The notes beneath the pieces were generated by a model. The model was not told the DNA's origin, made no database searches, and worked only from the letters and a program-made list of their open reading frames with translations. From Ramazzottius varieornatus (Eukaryota; Animalia; Tardigrada), in assembly GCA_001949185.1 (NCBI GenBank), contig BDGG01000019.1, forward strand, positions 166,043 through 209,103: 43,061 nt of DNA, read 5' to 3'. Made by a program: the position numbers and the translations under genes. Of the stretch, positions 12,450-27,881 are shown piece by piece. The first letter of the stretch is position 1. The number at the start of each line of letters is the position of its first letter.

Positions 12450-14049
12450 CCACTGATTTTAAAAGATGAGACTTTCGGACCTAACTTTTAGGCTACGAGT
12501 GAAAGCCCTGTCAATAAGCTGCTAGAATCAACCGAAAACGAATCCTTTGACAGTACTGTTGGCTACCTTAGATCGTAGGGGTGAGCGTCGTCATCCGACC
12601 GAGCATACGTTGGGAAAGTCCGAAGGGGTTCGAATTTTTAACTGAAGAGGTTTTGACGTCACAATGACGCCGTATAGCATGAAATGCGTAGGTAGTCTCT
12701 CTGACATCAAACCCCCTGGCGTGGATGTTTTAGTTATTGGTTACCCCTGAATTTTCCAGAGTGTCTTCCCGAAAGGGCGAACAGTTTTTTGAGACTTTGA
12801 GCCACGGCGAGGTACGGCAAAGCTACCATCCGATGCCTCCGAATATTCTCTCAAAGTTCATATCGGAAAAGGGTCGTTTGGTAGCAAAATGAGTTTCCGG
12901 AAATTGGGCCGCCGAAACACAACTGTTTTTCGTGAAGTTCAAGTCTGCTAAAATCCAGCGTGACTGATTTCACTCAAGCTCTAGCGCGTGCAGTACTAGA
13001 TCAGATGCGCCATCGTTCTGCAGCAGCGAAGTCGTTTCGTTGTGTCAAACAAAATTTTTGAAGTAAAAGTTTGTTTTGCAACCCTTGAAAAAACCACGAG
13101 AAAACATGGGTCTCTACACGACTGCTCCCGCCGAGCCTTGAGCTTTCGTGGTCGGGATTTCGACCACGGTAGTTCGATTTGGGATGTCTGATGCTTTTGT
13201 GAAAGGTGAGAGTTGGGGCTGTCGGAGAAAATTAGAAACAACACTCAGAATCTATGATATCCTTAATAGGAGAGAATCGATTTTTTGAAAGGGTGGTGAC
13301 AAGTCTGCTTGAACGGACTGTAAGTTAGTGACCCACGGGCAGCTTCAATGTCGGTCGCCGGGTTCTTCCCTTAGTTCACTGTACTATCGTTCTGACCATC
13401 AACCATGATCGATTCGCGTCGTCTCGTGTCGTCTCCCAACAGAGCAGGGACGAACCTGTGACTTCAGCACATATAGAGCCACGGAGATCAGAGCTAAAGA
13501 GAATGCCAGAGAGGCCCGCCTTACATTATGAATGGTTTCTGTTTTGCGCCTGCTGAGTGCATGGCAGGCACAGAACGGAATAGGCCGTCCTGTCATTGAC
13601 GCTGCCATTGCATTCATCACGATTTCTATTACACCTCAGTAGACCCTAAATAACTCAAGTCTATGAGACATGAAAGCTCCTGACTTGCACCAAATAGCCA
13701 CCAAATAGAACCCCGACGTGGCCCAGATCTCATTTGGACGGATTCAAGGCTCGGGACGCTCTCCGAACAGGGGTACATCCAAAATGGTATCGCATGTAAC
13801 TGCAAGTGCTTGACAGGGACCGTAATTCGCTGGTCATTTTGAGGGCTTGCAAGGGCGGCGCGCTCGATGAAAAGAGCCCCGCGCAGTCTCCACCCGATAT
13901 CGCCACCCACAGCTGTCCGACAAAGCTGTCCGAATCTTCGAACCGATACTGCATGCCATGCATGGTATACGCTCAAGAATGGATATGAAGACTAGTCAGT
14001 TCTCAGCGTCCTTAGATAACTGGGGAGGCCACAGTGGCGGCTTTGATCC

Positions 14050-14104
14050 TGGCGGTGGCGATGGCGGTAGCGGTGGCGGTGGCGGTGGCGGTGGCGGTGG
14101 CGGG
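14050..14104. repeat. (GGTGGC)n microsatellite, about 9 units
   Basis: Seen directly; accounts for the TATATA peptide in the antisense ORF. Confidence 0.9.
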
Positions 14105-14497
14105 AGTGGGCACGTCCATGGTCCATCCAGCTAAACGGTTACGAACCGGAATGCGCAGTCGGGATTGAGACAGATGAAAGCGACGTCCTACGTAGTACAG
14201 GTTCTGCACTCGTACCACCCTGTACCTTTGTCCTTTGGACCGACGCCTTGCCCTATCAACTGCCGGGAGTATTATATCATAGGCAGGTTGGTAGCGATCA
14301 TCTCCCTGCATGGACGTTCGGGCTGTATCTTACCAGCGATAACAGCGTGCGCAGTGCTAATTCCGAACGACGCACTACAGACAGCAAGTATCACCCCCTC
14401 TATAACTTCTGGAACCCTTATGGTGAAATCAGAAGTTGTCAGTCACCTCCTTCTAGCTGTAGATTCTTCTGCTGAGGAAACGCAGAGCGCTCGAAAG

Positions 14498-15193
14498 ATG
14501 GCGACACTGACCACCCTAACCGTTGCCGCGTTTTCCTTGATTAATCCCCTGCTCAACATTCCCAGTAACACACTGTCCCTATCCACCCTCGAATCCTTCA
14601 CCCTCTCCACACGACCTGTCACGGATATCTGGAGGAAGCCACCTGGTGGTGGCTCCTCCGTTCCTCTAATCGACAACCTCAACGCACCCTGCTACGTCGC
14701 GACCATCCCCCTGACGGCCTTCCGACGTGCTCGCGTCACCCTGGATGCCAACTGGACACGTTTATATGATCAAGGTGGCCTAGTCTTCCTGTACCCTCCC
14801 CCATCGAAAGACAGCTCAGCTAAACGAGCCTGGATCAAGACGGGTGTCGAAGTGTTTAACGGTATGGCCAACGTCGCCACCGTCGCGACAGCCGCCACCA
14901 GCCACTCGGACTGGAGTCTGCTTCCGCTTGCCGATGGGAAGGCGACGCTCACCATTGAATTGAGACGGGAAGAAATTGATGTGGCCAAGGGCAAGGGCTC
15001 AACCATGTTTGTGTATATGATCGACGGGGTGAAGGAGACAATGGTTCGCGAAACGGCGTGGGCCTTTGCCGAGGAGAACGGCGATGTCCAGATTGGGGTT
15101 TATGCGGCAAGACCTACCAAGAGCAACGAGGGTGAAGAAGATATTCTGCAGGTCACCTTCAGTAATCTTGTCGTGGAGTATCTGTCCGGGTAA
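14498..15193 (+). CDS. Intronless DUF1349 (Ree1-like, ConA-like fold) protein of ascomycete type, 231 aa
   Basis: TDIWRKPP..NAP, ARVT..ANWTRLYDQGGLV, WIKTGVE, SDWSLLP, RETAWAF and IGVYAARP match filamentous-fungal DUF1349 proteins as recalled. ATG at 14498. Confidence 0.85.
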   Translation: MATLTTLTVAAFSLINPLLNIPSNTLSLSTLESFTLSTRPVTDIWRKPPGGGSSVPLIDNLNAPCYVATIPLTAFRRARVTLDANWTRLYDQGGLVFLYPPPSKDSSAKRAWIKTGVEVFNGMANVATVATAATSHSDWSLLPLADGKATLTIELRREEIDVAKGKGSTMFVYMIDGVKETMVRETAWAFAEENGDVQIGVYAARPTKSNEGEEDILQVTFSNLVVEYLSG

Positions 15194-16147
15194 TTCAGAA
15201 CAGTAACACCGATACACGGATTTTGTGCATATCGTAAACCGATATCGAAATCAAGATAAGTTTTCAGTATCACTAACACGATAGATTAGCGAAGTGTAAC
15301 TGTACTAACCGTTTGCAGCGTGCCTGCGAAATCGGACGGCAGCCAGACGAGTGCGACAAGATCTGCCCATATCGCATGTGTACTTTTGGCATTTATCGTC
15401 TTGTGCCTTGCTCAATTTTGAACTTTGATCCGAGGGAAACTTGTGAAAGATAAAATGTGGAAGGACAACCAAGACCGTCCCTCTGCGACAGTATTCGTTG
15501 TAGGACTTGTTAAAGCTCCCTTACGTAAAAATTGAAGGCCTGAATGAACTTATTCGTTGTATCGTAATGAAAAAACCAAGTACTATTAATACCTAGGCCT
15601 GATGACGACTTGTATTGTCTGGATATCTTTTGTGCTATCACCCATCGTAACTTGCCGCAGTTTGGTTAACGTTCAGTGTTACTACAATGGTTACGGAAAC
15701 GGAGGCAACGCGTGGGGCGGTCACGGTGGTGGTGGCGGGTGTATGTACATTCGAGATTCACGACAGCTGCAAGGGTACGAACCCGGCAGTCGGATATACT
15801 GTATGGAGAGACGTCCCATACAGAGCACCTCGTATTGATGGTTACGGTCTCAAGACGACAACGCTAGACCGTCCGCTGTACTGTGGTTGGACAACAGTGT
15901 ATTGTGCATTTTGTACACTGTACAAGTGCAGAGACCTATACTGTTCCAGGAGCCCCACGGACTGTTACTTCGGAGTTAGGTAGCGTTATTATACCCTACC
16001 AGATCATATGCCGATCATTTCTCACCGTCCCTACAGTATGTATGCAAAATTAAAGGTCAGTGAGGAAAATCGAAAATATACAGAAAGGTATAACCATCGG
16101 TAGAAAGCCGAGTACGATGTTCATGAAAGTTTCTCAAAAGTGTCAGT

Positions 16148-19100
16148 TTAGATTCCGTCTGGAAGACCACCTTTCCGCGCATCGGATACCGCGTAGACCC
16201 GACCATCGGTTACATTATTGTAAATGAACTCCACCGCACTGTGCGATACAAACTTTGGCGCAATGTTCTGTTTTAACTTGTGGCCTTTCTCTTTCAGTGC
16301 GTCGATGAAGACCTACAAAGATCAAGTCGAAGCGTCATTGTACAGAAGCCAAAACTTTGTTTTGGACATCGCGGGAACGTACCTGGTCGAACTTTCTTTC
16401 GTAGTCAATTTCATTAGGTCGCAGCTGATGGTGCACACGAGAGGCGTCCATAGCGGATTTCAAGTTTTGGTCAAAGTACAATACCCGAGTGAGTACCTAC
16501 GAATGCACCAGACTTGTCATCATTCTTACTCGAGGTCGGGGTATATTTTACGTTCAGGAGAGCAGATGAGATGCGAGCTCCCCCGCTGGCACCGGCTACT
16601 ACAAGAACATTGCCCTCCTTGTCGACGATGATCAGAGGACACTGGCTAGACATGGGTCGCTTTCCCGGAACAATCTTATTGAAAGGAGACGAGGGCATGG
16701 CAGCGTAGGTACTCGACGTATTGGCATTCAGCTGCGTGACAAAGTCATCCATGTGGTCGTTAAGGATGATCCCCGTCGACGTTGAAATGCGATATGACCC
16801 AAAACTGCAGAAAGGGCACTTCAGAGAGCCTGATTCTAGATTGCGGAAGTACTGTAAAGTGTTTGAAGAATTTACTTACACACTGTTGAGGCTCGTGGTG
16901 AAGGAGACGGCGTTGCCGAACTGGTCCATGGCGGAAGTGTGGGCGGTACCTCCTGCGTTTTCCACCGCCGCGTTTTCCATTCCGTAGTATGCCTCGTCGT
17001 CGAATGTCCGACTGTCATTGATCTGTGCGCGAGCAGCGTCCGAAGTACCTGCATCCTGCACACGCTCCACGAACTATTCAGACAAAATCGTAGAAAAAGG
17101 GTTATAGTAGTACAGCGCGTTCCTTGAGTGTCTTCATGGATTCTGTCTAACACGAGGTGGTGTGATCCTAGGTCAACAGAAGGATTTGATGCGTCTATCG
17201 TATTCTTAAAAGAAAATTACGTTTCCTTGCTTCGGTTTTTAGATGCTTGAATCTTGATGGGGCAACAGATATCTGTACAACTGAATTGTGCACTCTCGTG
17301 AAAGCTCTGCGACTTTGTTTAGGATTTCGTCGGCGGCCCTTATACAGTATTATAGTGTGACAAATTGTCATTGAGAAGAGTGACATAATTCCTAGCTCAA
17401 ACCCATTTGTTATATACCCTTTGCGTGAAATTGGTAGCCGTACCTGCTGTAAAGCGGTGGAGAATGCATGGTCACCCAAATTTCCACGGATCGCAAAGGC
17501 GAACTTGAGAGCTTCCACCAGACGATGATAAAACAAAGTCCGTTCCTCCACGGTCAGTCTCTCCCAAGTGGTGTTATAATGGAAGCCTGTAACCAAATGC
17601 AACTGGTCCGAATCCGACACATACACAAATGCTTTACACAGGTTCAAGAACCTGGCGACTTGGCCTACCATCGAGGATTTTCAGGGCGTGGTGGAGAAGA
17701 ATGCTACCGGCTGGTGGCTGCAATCCATAAAGCGCCAAGTTCCCACGTAGTTGCGTGACGAGAGGCGGATCATCTGTTCGTGCCGCGTACTGCTCGAAGT
17801 CCTTCAGCTGAACAATCCCACCTATTTAATCGAAAGAATGAGAACGGTACCAGAACTGAGAGCGTAGGCCAGACTGCTGGCTCAAGTGGCGCAGGCTGTC
17901 ATTGTCATAAGTTGAGAGCGTGCGTTGCTTGGGAAGACGTTCTCGCTGAAATCGTTCGTCGATGCCCCATTTATCCATTTATCGAAACAACCTACCTCCA
18001 CCTTGGATATCGTTGACAAGCTTTCGAGCGATCGACCCATTGTAGAACTCGTTTATACCCAACGGATCGTTCGCTATAGTTTCCAGCGTATCCGCCAATA
18101 TGGGCATCTTGATCACATCGTCCACGACAAAAGTCGAGTTTGTCGTCGGATCGAACAAAAGCTCCCGCGACGTCCTGTCTCCATGCACCAAGAGGTACTT
18201 CTTACTGAACGCCAGGATCCGTCCGAAGAAGCTGGTCACTGTCATCCCCTCACGGGCTAGCTTGATGGTTGGCTGGAAGAGGTCGCGCCACGGCAATCGT
18301 CCGAAGCGTCGATGAAGTTCCCACATACCGGCCAACTCTCCTGGTACCGCGATGGATTTCCAGCCGAACATCGAAGCGAACCTGTCAGACTCATTGTGAC
18401 TCTTGGAGAACATGTCCTCGGTGGCGGCCAATGGGGCCACCTCTCGTGCGTTGATGGTGTGGGCAATTTTAGTAGCGCGGTCGTAGTAGACGACCAGAGC
18501 GCCACCACCGAGACCGCTACCTGTCGGACAGACGGAAAACCTCCTGACATCCGCGGCCTTTAGGATATTTCAAACATGTTTGCATCGTTTTGATAACAAC
18601 TCTTCTTACTGTAGGGGTGAACAACGCCGGAACACAATGCCGCTGCGATAACGGCATCCGCGGCAGTCCCGTTGGCCTTCAGCATTTCACTACAACCACC
18701 ACGAAAATTGACAGAGTTTATCAACTGACTTTACGACGGTTTCCTCATATCCGAGTATTTTGTCAAGTCTGCAGAAGTCGTTGAGCGCATCTGTGTGGGA
18801 AAGCGGCTTCTTACTTGCCGATGACGGAACAAACGGCGACATCGGACGCGACAGCTTGTTGTTGGTAGGTTCTGACGGTCGAAGGTGTGGGCCATCCTGG
18901 CACCAGTTTCTCCGACATGGTCTCGTAATCCGTACTGGAGTTGCTGAGGACAGCAGTTATTTCCGGTTGGCCTGAGGTTAGCGTTGTGGAAGCCGGGTTT
19001 TGAACTAGCAAGGAAGGTCCGCCTAGCCACAGTAAGCCAAGTCCCATCCCGGACGAGGAAGAGGTGGACATGGCTAGAACTAGCAAGATTGCCAGCGAGA

Positions 19101-19331
19101 TTACGGATAGGGTGCCAAAGATTCTCCATCTTGAAAAACAAGAGTTAGAGAAATAACGGGAAATCAAACGTAGCAAAATAGTCACAAGTGCAGCTCCTTC
19201 TCACTGTTCGTGTTAGCTCACTTTGATAAGGATGTTCGATCGTCGTTGAGTTCCTTCAGGTCCAGCACGAACGGACGAACCGGAAGCGGGCCATAAGTGA
19301 AACTTTTGTGACGTTCTTTGGAGTATTCCAT
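16148..19331 (-). CDS. GGT: Gamma-glutamyl transpeptidase (type II membrane anchor)
   Basis: N-terminal TM segment (FGTLSVISLAILLVLAM), AVASD, SIAVPGELAG, catalytic-Thr motif GTAHTS..GNAVSFTTSLN, PGKRPMSSQCP, GASGG, C-terminal DARKGG. Start exon MEYSKER (19331) joins in phase. Confidence 0.93.
17870..17945. repeat. N25 hairpin family monomer (GGT intron)
   Basis: AAGTGGCGCAG-N25-GTGCGTTGCTT. Confidence 0.8.
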
Positions 19332-19753
19332 TTTCGTTTCTGAATAATATCAACGCTGTCCGGTTACATCAATAACAATGGAAACCTCTCAGCCTTTGAT
19401 GATCATTGACCGAACGACTTCGATGCTCATCTCAGTTTGCCATCATTTACCAGGTTGATCCCACTGCAAGGACGATACAGAGTACAGTATTTCCGCATCC
19501 AGAATCATGGGCTGGAAATATTATTGCTCGTTGGTACCCATGGCTGCAACGGCTTCTGTAATTGGCCAATGGCACGCGTCAGCCTCGTTCAGACCTCAGA
19601 AGAGTCAGCGCATACGCGGTATGTTCTTGATAAGGTTGTTTGGTTTTGGTCGCGTTTATCGGAACATTGTTATCCATTCCATTGCGTTATCATTGTTAAC
19701 GTCGTTCACGGACCGCCACTCCAAATAGTAATACTTGCTGTCGTCACTGGTGC

Positions 19754-22360
19754 TTAGGCTCGAGGAGCATTCGGTCTTGGTGGGTTTCTCAAGCTGGATC
19801 GTTGCTGATTAAAGTCCAGATATCCTTGATCAGTCAACAGCGGTTCTCGCTCGTTGTGATACTCATCCATCTGGTGCGGGAACTCTGCTGGTTGTTTTTG
19901 TCGTGCGGAGTCTTGCGGAGCAGGCAATTTTGCTGCGGACACGGACGTCGCCGCTGCTTCCTTCTTCTGCACAATTTTCTGAGCGTTACTTTCCGCCTTA
20001 GCCATAGCAGCTCTGGAAAACTCGAAGATCTGGTTTAGGCCACTTTTGTTTTCAACATTTTGTCGTCAAGTCTGCAAGATTCCTTACGTGGCTTTGGTCT
20101 TGATAAGTCCTCCGGCGATCATGATGGCCAAAACAGCTAAACCGACGCATAAGCCAAGAAACTGAGGTGTCCGTAACATATCGGCGAGGGACTTTGGTGG
20201 AAGAACTACACGAGAAAACGCGCTGTTTTCCCGTATTTTAAAGAATGGAAGCAGGAAAAAGCGAACATTTTGTCTCGTTTGAGTGATAAGTAGATTTCTA
20301 CTTCGACTGATAGTAATAACTGTGATCGACTTACTTTGAACTCGAACTCTGTTTGTGATCCATATCTTTCCGTCCTTGATTTTGGGCGGTGGTGCAGGCG
20401 TCGAAACATACTTGGTCAGTGGTCGTAGAATGGCCGGTCCGGCTTTTTTCTTCCGCTCTTTTTCCTCCTCTTCTTCTTTCTTCTTGTCTTCTGACGACTT
20501 GAACACTTTGTCCTTCATCTTTCCCAATAACCCCTTTTTGCCTTTCACGTCGTCGCTCTCCTTGATATCCAACTCGTAAGTCTTACATTCCCATACACCA
20601 GTCATGTTCAACGAGGCGAACGGAAACTTTATTGTATTCGACTGAATCAAACCAAAAAGCCAATCAATCCAGATCTCCGTACCTTCCGCGATGACGTCGC
20701 AACGCGGTGGCCGCGTCAAGTCACCGCCGATATTCAGACTGATTCAATCGGCCTTCGGGGGACTGAAGACTTACCAGAGTCGCTGGAGTATCATTGAAGC
20801 TCTTGAACAATGACCCATTAAAGTACCAAGACAATCTTGCGTTGGGATAGATGGTGGCTAAGACCATAGCGTTGCAGTCCAGCTCGAATGGCTTGCCGAC
20901 TTGAACGTCCATGTTGGTTTTATTGGAAGCCACTAAAAAATAAACACCAAGGCCTGCAGAAGAGTGAGCTACGTATTATTGGCTGGATGGATCCATTTAC
21001 CTATGAGGGAGAAAGCTTTGAGGATACGCTGGCCACCGCCGAGGAGATCGAGCTCGCAGGAGTAGAAGCCAGTGTCGTTGTGCGCCACTCGTTTGAAGTC
21101 CAGCGTAGTCTTGGCTTTGTCGATGCGGCTTTTGTCTTCCACCCACGGTTCGCCATTCCGCACCCAACGCAAAGCCTTGCGGAAGTCCAGTTTCAGCTCA
21201 GACATGAGGTTGTCGAGAAGCTGATTTGTCCCACAAAGCACTTTTGCCACTCGAAGACCTTCTTGAACAACGTGCACTTGCACGTCGAGACCTGCATGAC
21301 AAGAAACGAGCGATGTCGGTAATTGACAACTGGGACGGTCCGGGTTAAAAAACTTTGTGCAGTTGTACCAGTAACGACTGTAAGACACTTACTCTTGGTC
21401 AGATTTTCCAAAAGTAGCTTCGTCTCTGAAAAATAAACTCTTTTTTTGGCTGACGGATACACTCTTTACTGTATATGTGCTGCCGGTAATACAGTAAGTG
21501 GTAAACTGAGATGTGGTAGCAAAACTAGAAACGCACCGTTGCCAATTTTCCGGATGGGCAAGCAAGTGAATGCATTACAGGAAGTATTGCGGACTTCCCG
21601 AGCGTTTCCTACGCAGATTCCACCATAAATGGCTGGTGGACTGTCGCATTCACGGTGTCGAGTTGCAACCCCGCCACCACAAGTGACGTTGCACTTCCAA
21701 GGTCCCCACTTTCCCCATCCACCGTTCTGCGGACAGTGAACCTTCACTTTGCACTCTTCTTTCATTTGGGACTCTCCTTCACAATCTGAAGAGATGACCC
21801 AGTTAGAAGGGTCATTGTAAGAGTCGTACAGCTACTCGTTCACCTTTTCCTCCGTTGTCCGGCTCGGGATTGTTACACCACCTTTCTCGAACTCGAACAC
21901 CTGTTCCACAAGTTACCTGTGGAAAGAAAACGCAAGGTAAGTGCGAGCGCCATTCAGCGTGGAGGTGTTCCATCGCTCACTTGGCAGTCGGACCATGGTC
22001 CCCATTCCGACCAGCCACCGTTGACAGCCGCATCGTCGAACTGAATTTTCGGAGGATACTTTCCTGAACGTAGCGGGGCCCTGTGTGTGTGCCGGTACCT
22101 GTTTTTGACTGTCGGAAACACATGCAAATATTGGCGGTGGGACCTCAAGTTCCAGTGGTTTCCATGCCTGTCGATTTCCAAGCCGGACCGACGAACGTGA
22201 GTCCTGTCATGTTTTCCTCCTGCAAAAGAACTTTCTGACGGATCAGACCATGGCTCGAACTTGTTCACATTCCCGTCCACCTACTTTGAGCAGCTGGGCC
22301 CACATTTGAAAGTACAAGGAAGGAAAATACAATCCAGCAAAGACAGACGATAGAGCCCAT
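19754..22360 (-). CDS. Type I membrane protein: signal peptide, 2 thrombospondin type-1 repeats, 2 Ig-like domains, TM helix, cytoplasmic tail
   Basis: MGSIVCLCWIVFSFLVL signal; GGWSEWGPWSDC..VTCG and GGWGKWGPWKCNVTCGGG; Ig motifs WVRNG..DTGFYSC and WYFNG..TGVWEC; TM FLGLCVGLAVLAIMIAGGLI. Confidence 0.82.
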
Positions 22361-23177
22361 TTCTTCCAAGACGTTCGTCCTCGCAGTAGGTCCGAAGAAC
22401 TTCTTGGTGTTCCTGCTTCTACTACAAGACTCTAAAACCAAGTTCAAAAGAAAAGAAAACAGAGCAAAAGTTGTTATGGCGATTTTGTAAATTTACTACA
22501 TCCATAAACTGAAGGCTTAAAATAAGAGAAAAATTGCATGGATGTGCAAAGGCGAGCAAGACTAGTGATAACAAAAATGGCCACGCGATTCATCAACCTG
22601 ACGAACAATTGTCACAAAAAGGAGAAGTAGAACTACATTGTCCGAGAACTCCTGTCGAGATTGTCCCTCCAAAAAAGTCGTGAAAAAGAACAGATGAAGA
22701 CTACCTACAGTAAACTAGCACAGGAAGAAAACTACATCATCCCAGAAACTACCCTGCCAGAGAGATTTCTTCCCATCATCGTTGTACGGGTTAGGAGGAA
22801 AAACGAAATGCAAAAAAGGACCACAGAGAAAAAGAGAAGGCTAACCTGAAGATAATTTCCGACAAAAAGATACACTGGAAAAGATAAAGTACGTGTACTG
22901 ACATTACAACACCAAATTAACCAAGAAAGAAAATTAAGTAATGAAATTCGAAGAAGAATATGGTACACGGGTTGTTCCTTTACGGGCATTCAGAACAGAA
23001 ACAGAAACCACGGAGAAGACAAAACTTCTAATCTCTCAGAAGCAATCATTCACTCAACCTCTCTCCGACCAACACAAGAAAGTATAATAAGCGATATTAA
23101 AGTCAAAAAATACATTCTTTATCTTTCTTTATCCTTTCGTTCAATCTTCCTTCCGACTTTCCCTCGTTCGACGCCGC

Positions 23178-26139
<2,962 letters not shown>

Positions 26140-27711
26140 TGTGGCGAGGAAACGTATCTACAAGTCAAAGAGAACAACACAAACACGCCGCGCTAAAGGT
26201 GCGAAAGTATCGTCCGAAATTCCACAAACGAACAGGATAAGGTACTGCTATCAGTCCTAATACAAGGTCGGCTTGCTTCGGGGTAAGCTTGAAGAAGGAA
26301 GCCAGAGAGAACGAGGCCAGATAAGCCTCTTGAATATCACAATGAACGTTGCGTAAAATTATACTGAAATATCAGAGCGCTAACAGATCATAACAATCGC
26401 CAATGTAGGGTATCGCGTCCACTCCGCACTGCCGTCCACAATACAACAGATTAAGCTCTTCCACTAACAGCAATCAGCACCTGAGAGTCCCACCATGTGC
26501 CCGGAAGTGCAATCCAAAGGAAGGAGGAAGAAAGTAGGCTGATGATTTGTAATTGGCACAAAAGGAAGAAATCAAAATCAAGCTATGAACGGACAGCTGC
26601 AAATGAATGGATGAATGGAAAGAAGCAAATGGTGGCGTACTGTACGTGATGACACATCTATGTTCGGGCAACTTCAGGGTCAAGTCCCCATCACGTGAAT
26701 GGCCGATCGACCGACTCGGTTTGCTCATATCGGGCCGTAATGGAGACAGGCTAACAGCTTTGCTCCTGTTGCTCAGTTCATGTTAGGGAGGCTTTTGTGT
26801 CGGACTTTAGAAACCAGAAACTCGAGAACCGACGTTAGAGGCGGTAATTACATGGACGGCCAGTGGCGATCGGATTGAGGAAGTCGCCAGAAGATCAAGG
26901 ATTGAAGCCGCCCCGACTGATCTATTTCCTGGATGAGACGATAAGAGCTGCGGTTGCAGGCGACGCGTGACGTCTTCGCTGCTGGACTAACCAATAACGA
27001 GAGGGCTTGCCAGAGCGCACCTGACTGAGATGTACTCTATCGCCTGCCATATCCATCTGACTGCACCTGCCTGCTGGATTTCTGCTTTGACACGTAAGAA
27101 AGTTTCCATTCGTCGTCTTCTTTGGCTCAAATGGCGCGTGAAAGTTGTTTCTTCTTGCACCATTAAGTGGGCCATTAAAAATCGCTGTATGCTCGGTATC
27201 TCCCGCTCGTCTTTGCCGTTACGGATCTGCGAGGAACAGCTGGAACAGCTGGGATATCTCTTGCGAAGGAGATCACCTTGCGGCCCTTGCCTGCCTGTAA
27301 CCCGTCCCCGTCACCTTGAGAAACAGCACACGCCGACAAGCTCAGCTTCTGAGAAGAAACTACCGGTAAGTTCGGTTACAAAGTGTGATCCGAAAATACG
27401 ACGAGAAAGTGCATGGATAGTTTCAGTCGAGAGCGTTACGGACATCACTGGAACTACTTCAGAACGTTTTCGGGAACGCTTGATTGTGTTGATTGGCGCG
27501 GCTCTTTGGCTATGAACTATGTATTGGAGTATGAATGGCTGAGTCTAACCGAGCTCTGATTTTTCCCGCAGGTGTCTTGCATTGAAAGAATTTCGAAGAT
27601 GCAGAATAGAAGGGACGGCATCATCTGACACTAAGATGAACGCATCCTCGACTGATCTACAGAACAATTTTGTTCTGAAAAAGACCGAATTAACTTCTAG
27701 GTTTGCGACAG

Positions 27712-27775
27712 AAACGTTCTCCCAAGTGGCGCACGCTTTCCGCCTTTAGGAACGAAAATGTGCGCCACTTGATAG
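27712..27775. repeat. N25 hairpin family monomer (5' region of Sec16)
   Basis: CAAGTGGCGCAC-N25-GTGCGCCACTTG. Confidence 0.88.
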
Positions 27776-27881
27776 CGACTACGATCAATTCATTTGCCGA
27801 AGGCCCATTTATGGTCTTTGAGTGCGAGAAAATCCTAGAATGACACGGGGGATAAGAGTGTGATGGTATATTTTTCTTCAG

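Noticed and set aside
14165-14497. 111-codon N-terminal extension of the DUF1349 ORF in the ORF track
   Set aside because: Begins at a TTG and has no domain similarity; the ATG at 14498 fits the family length better.
21109-21120. GTGCGCCACT half-site
   Set aside because: Lies in a coding exon (RVAH) and has no partner core 25 nt away.
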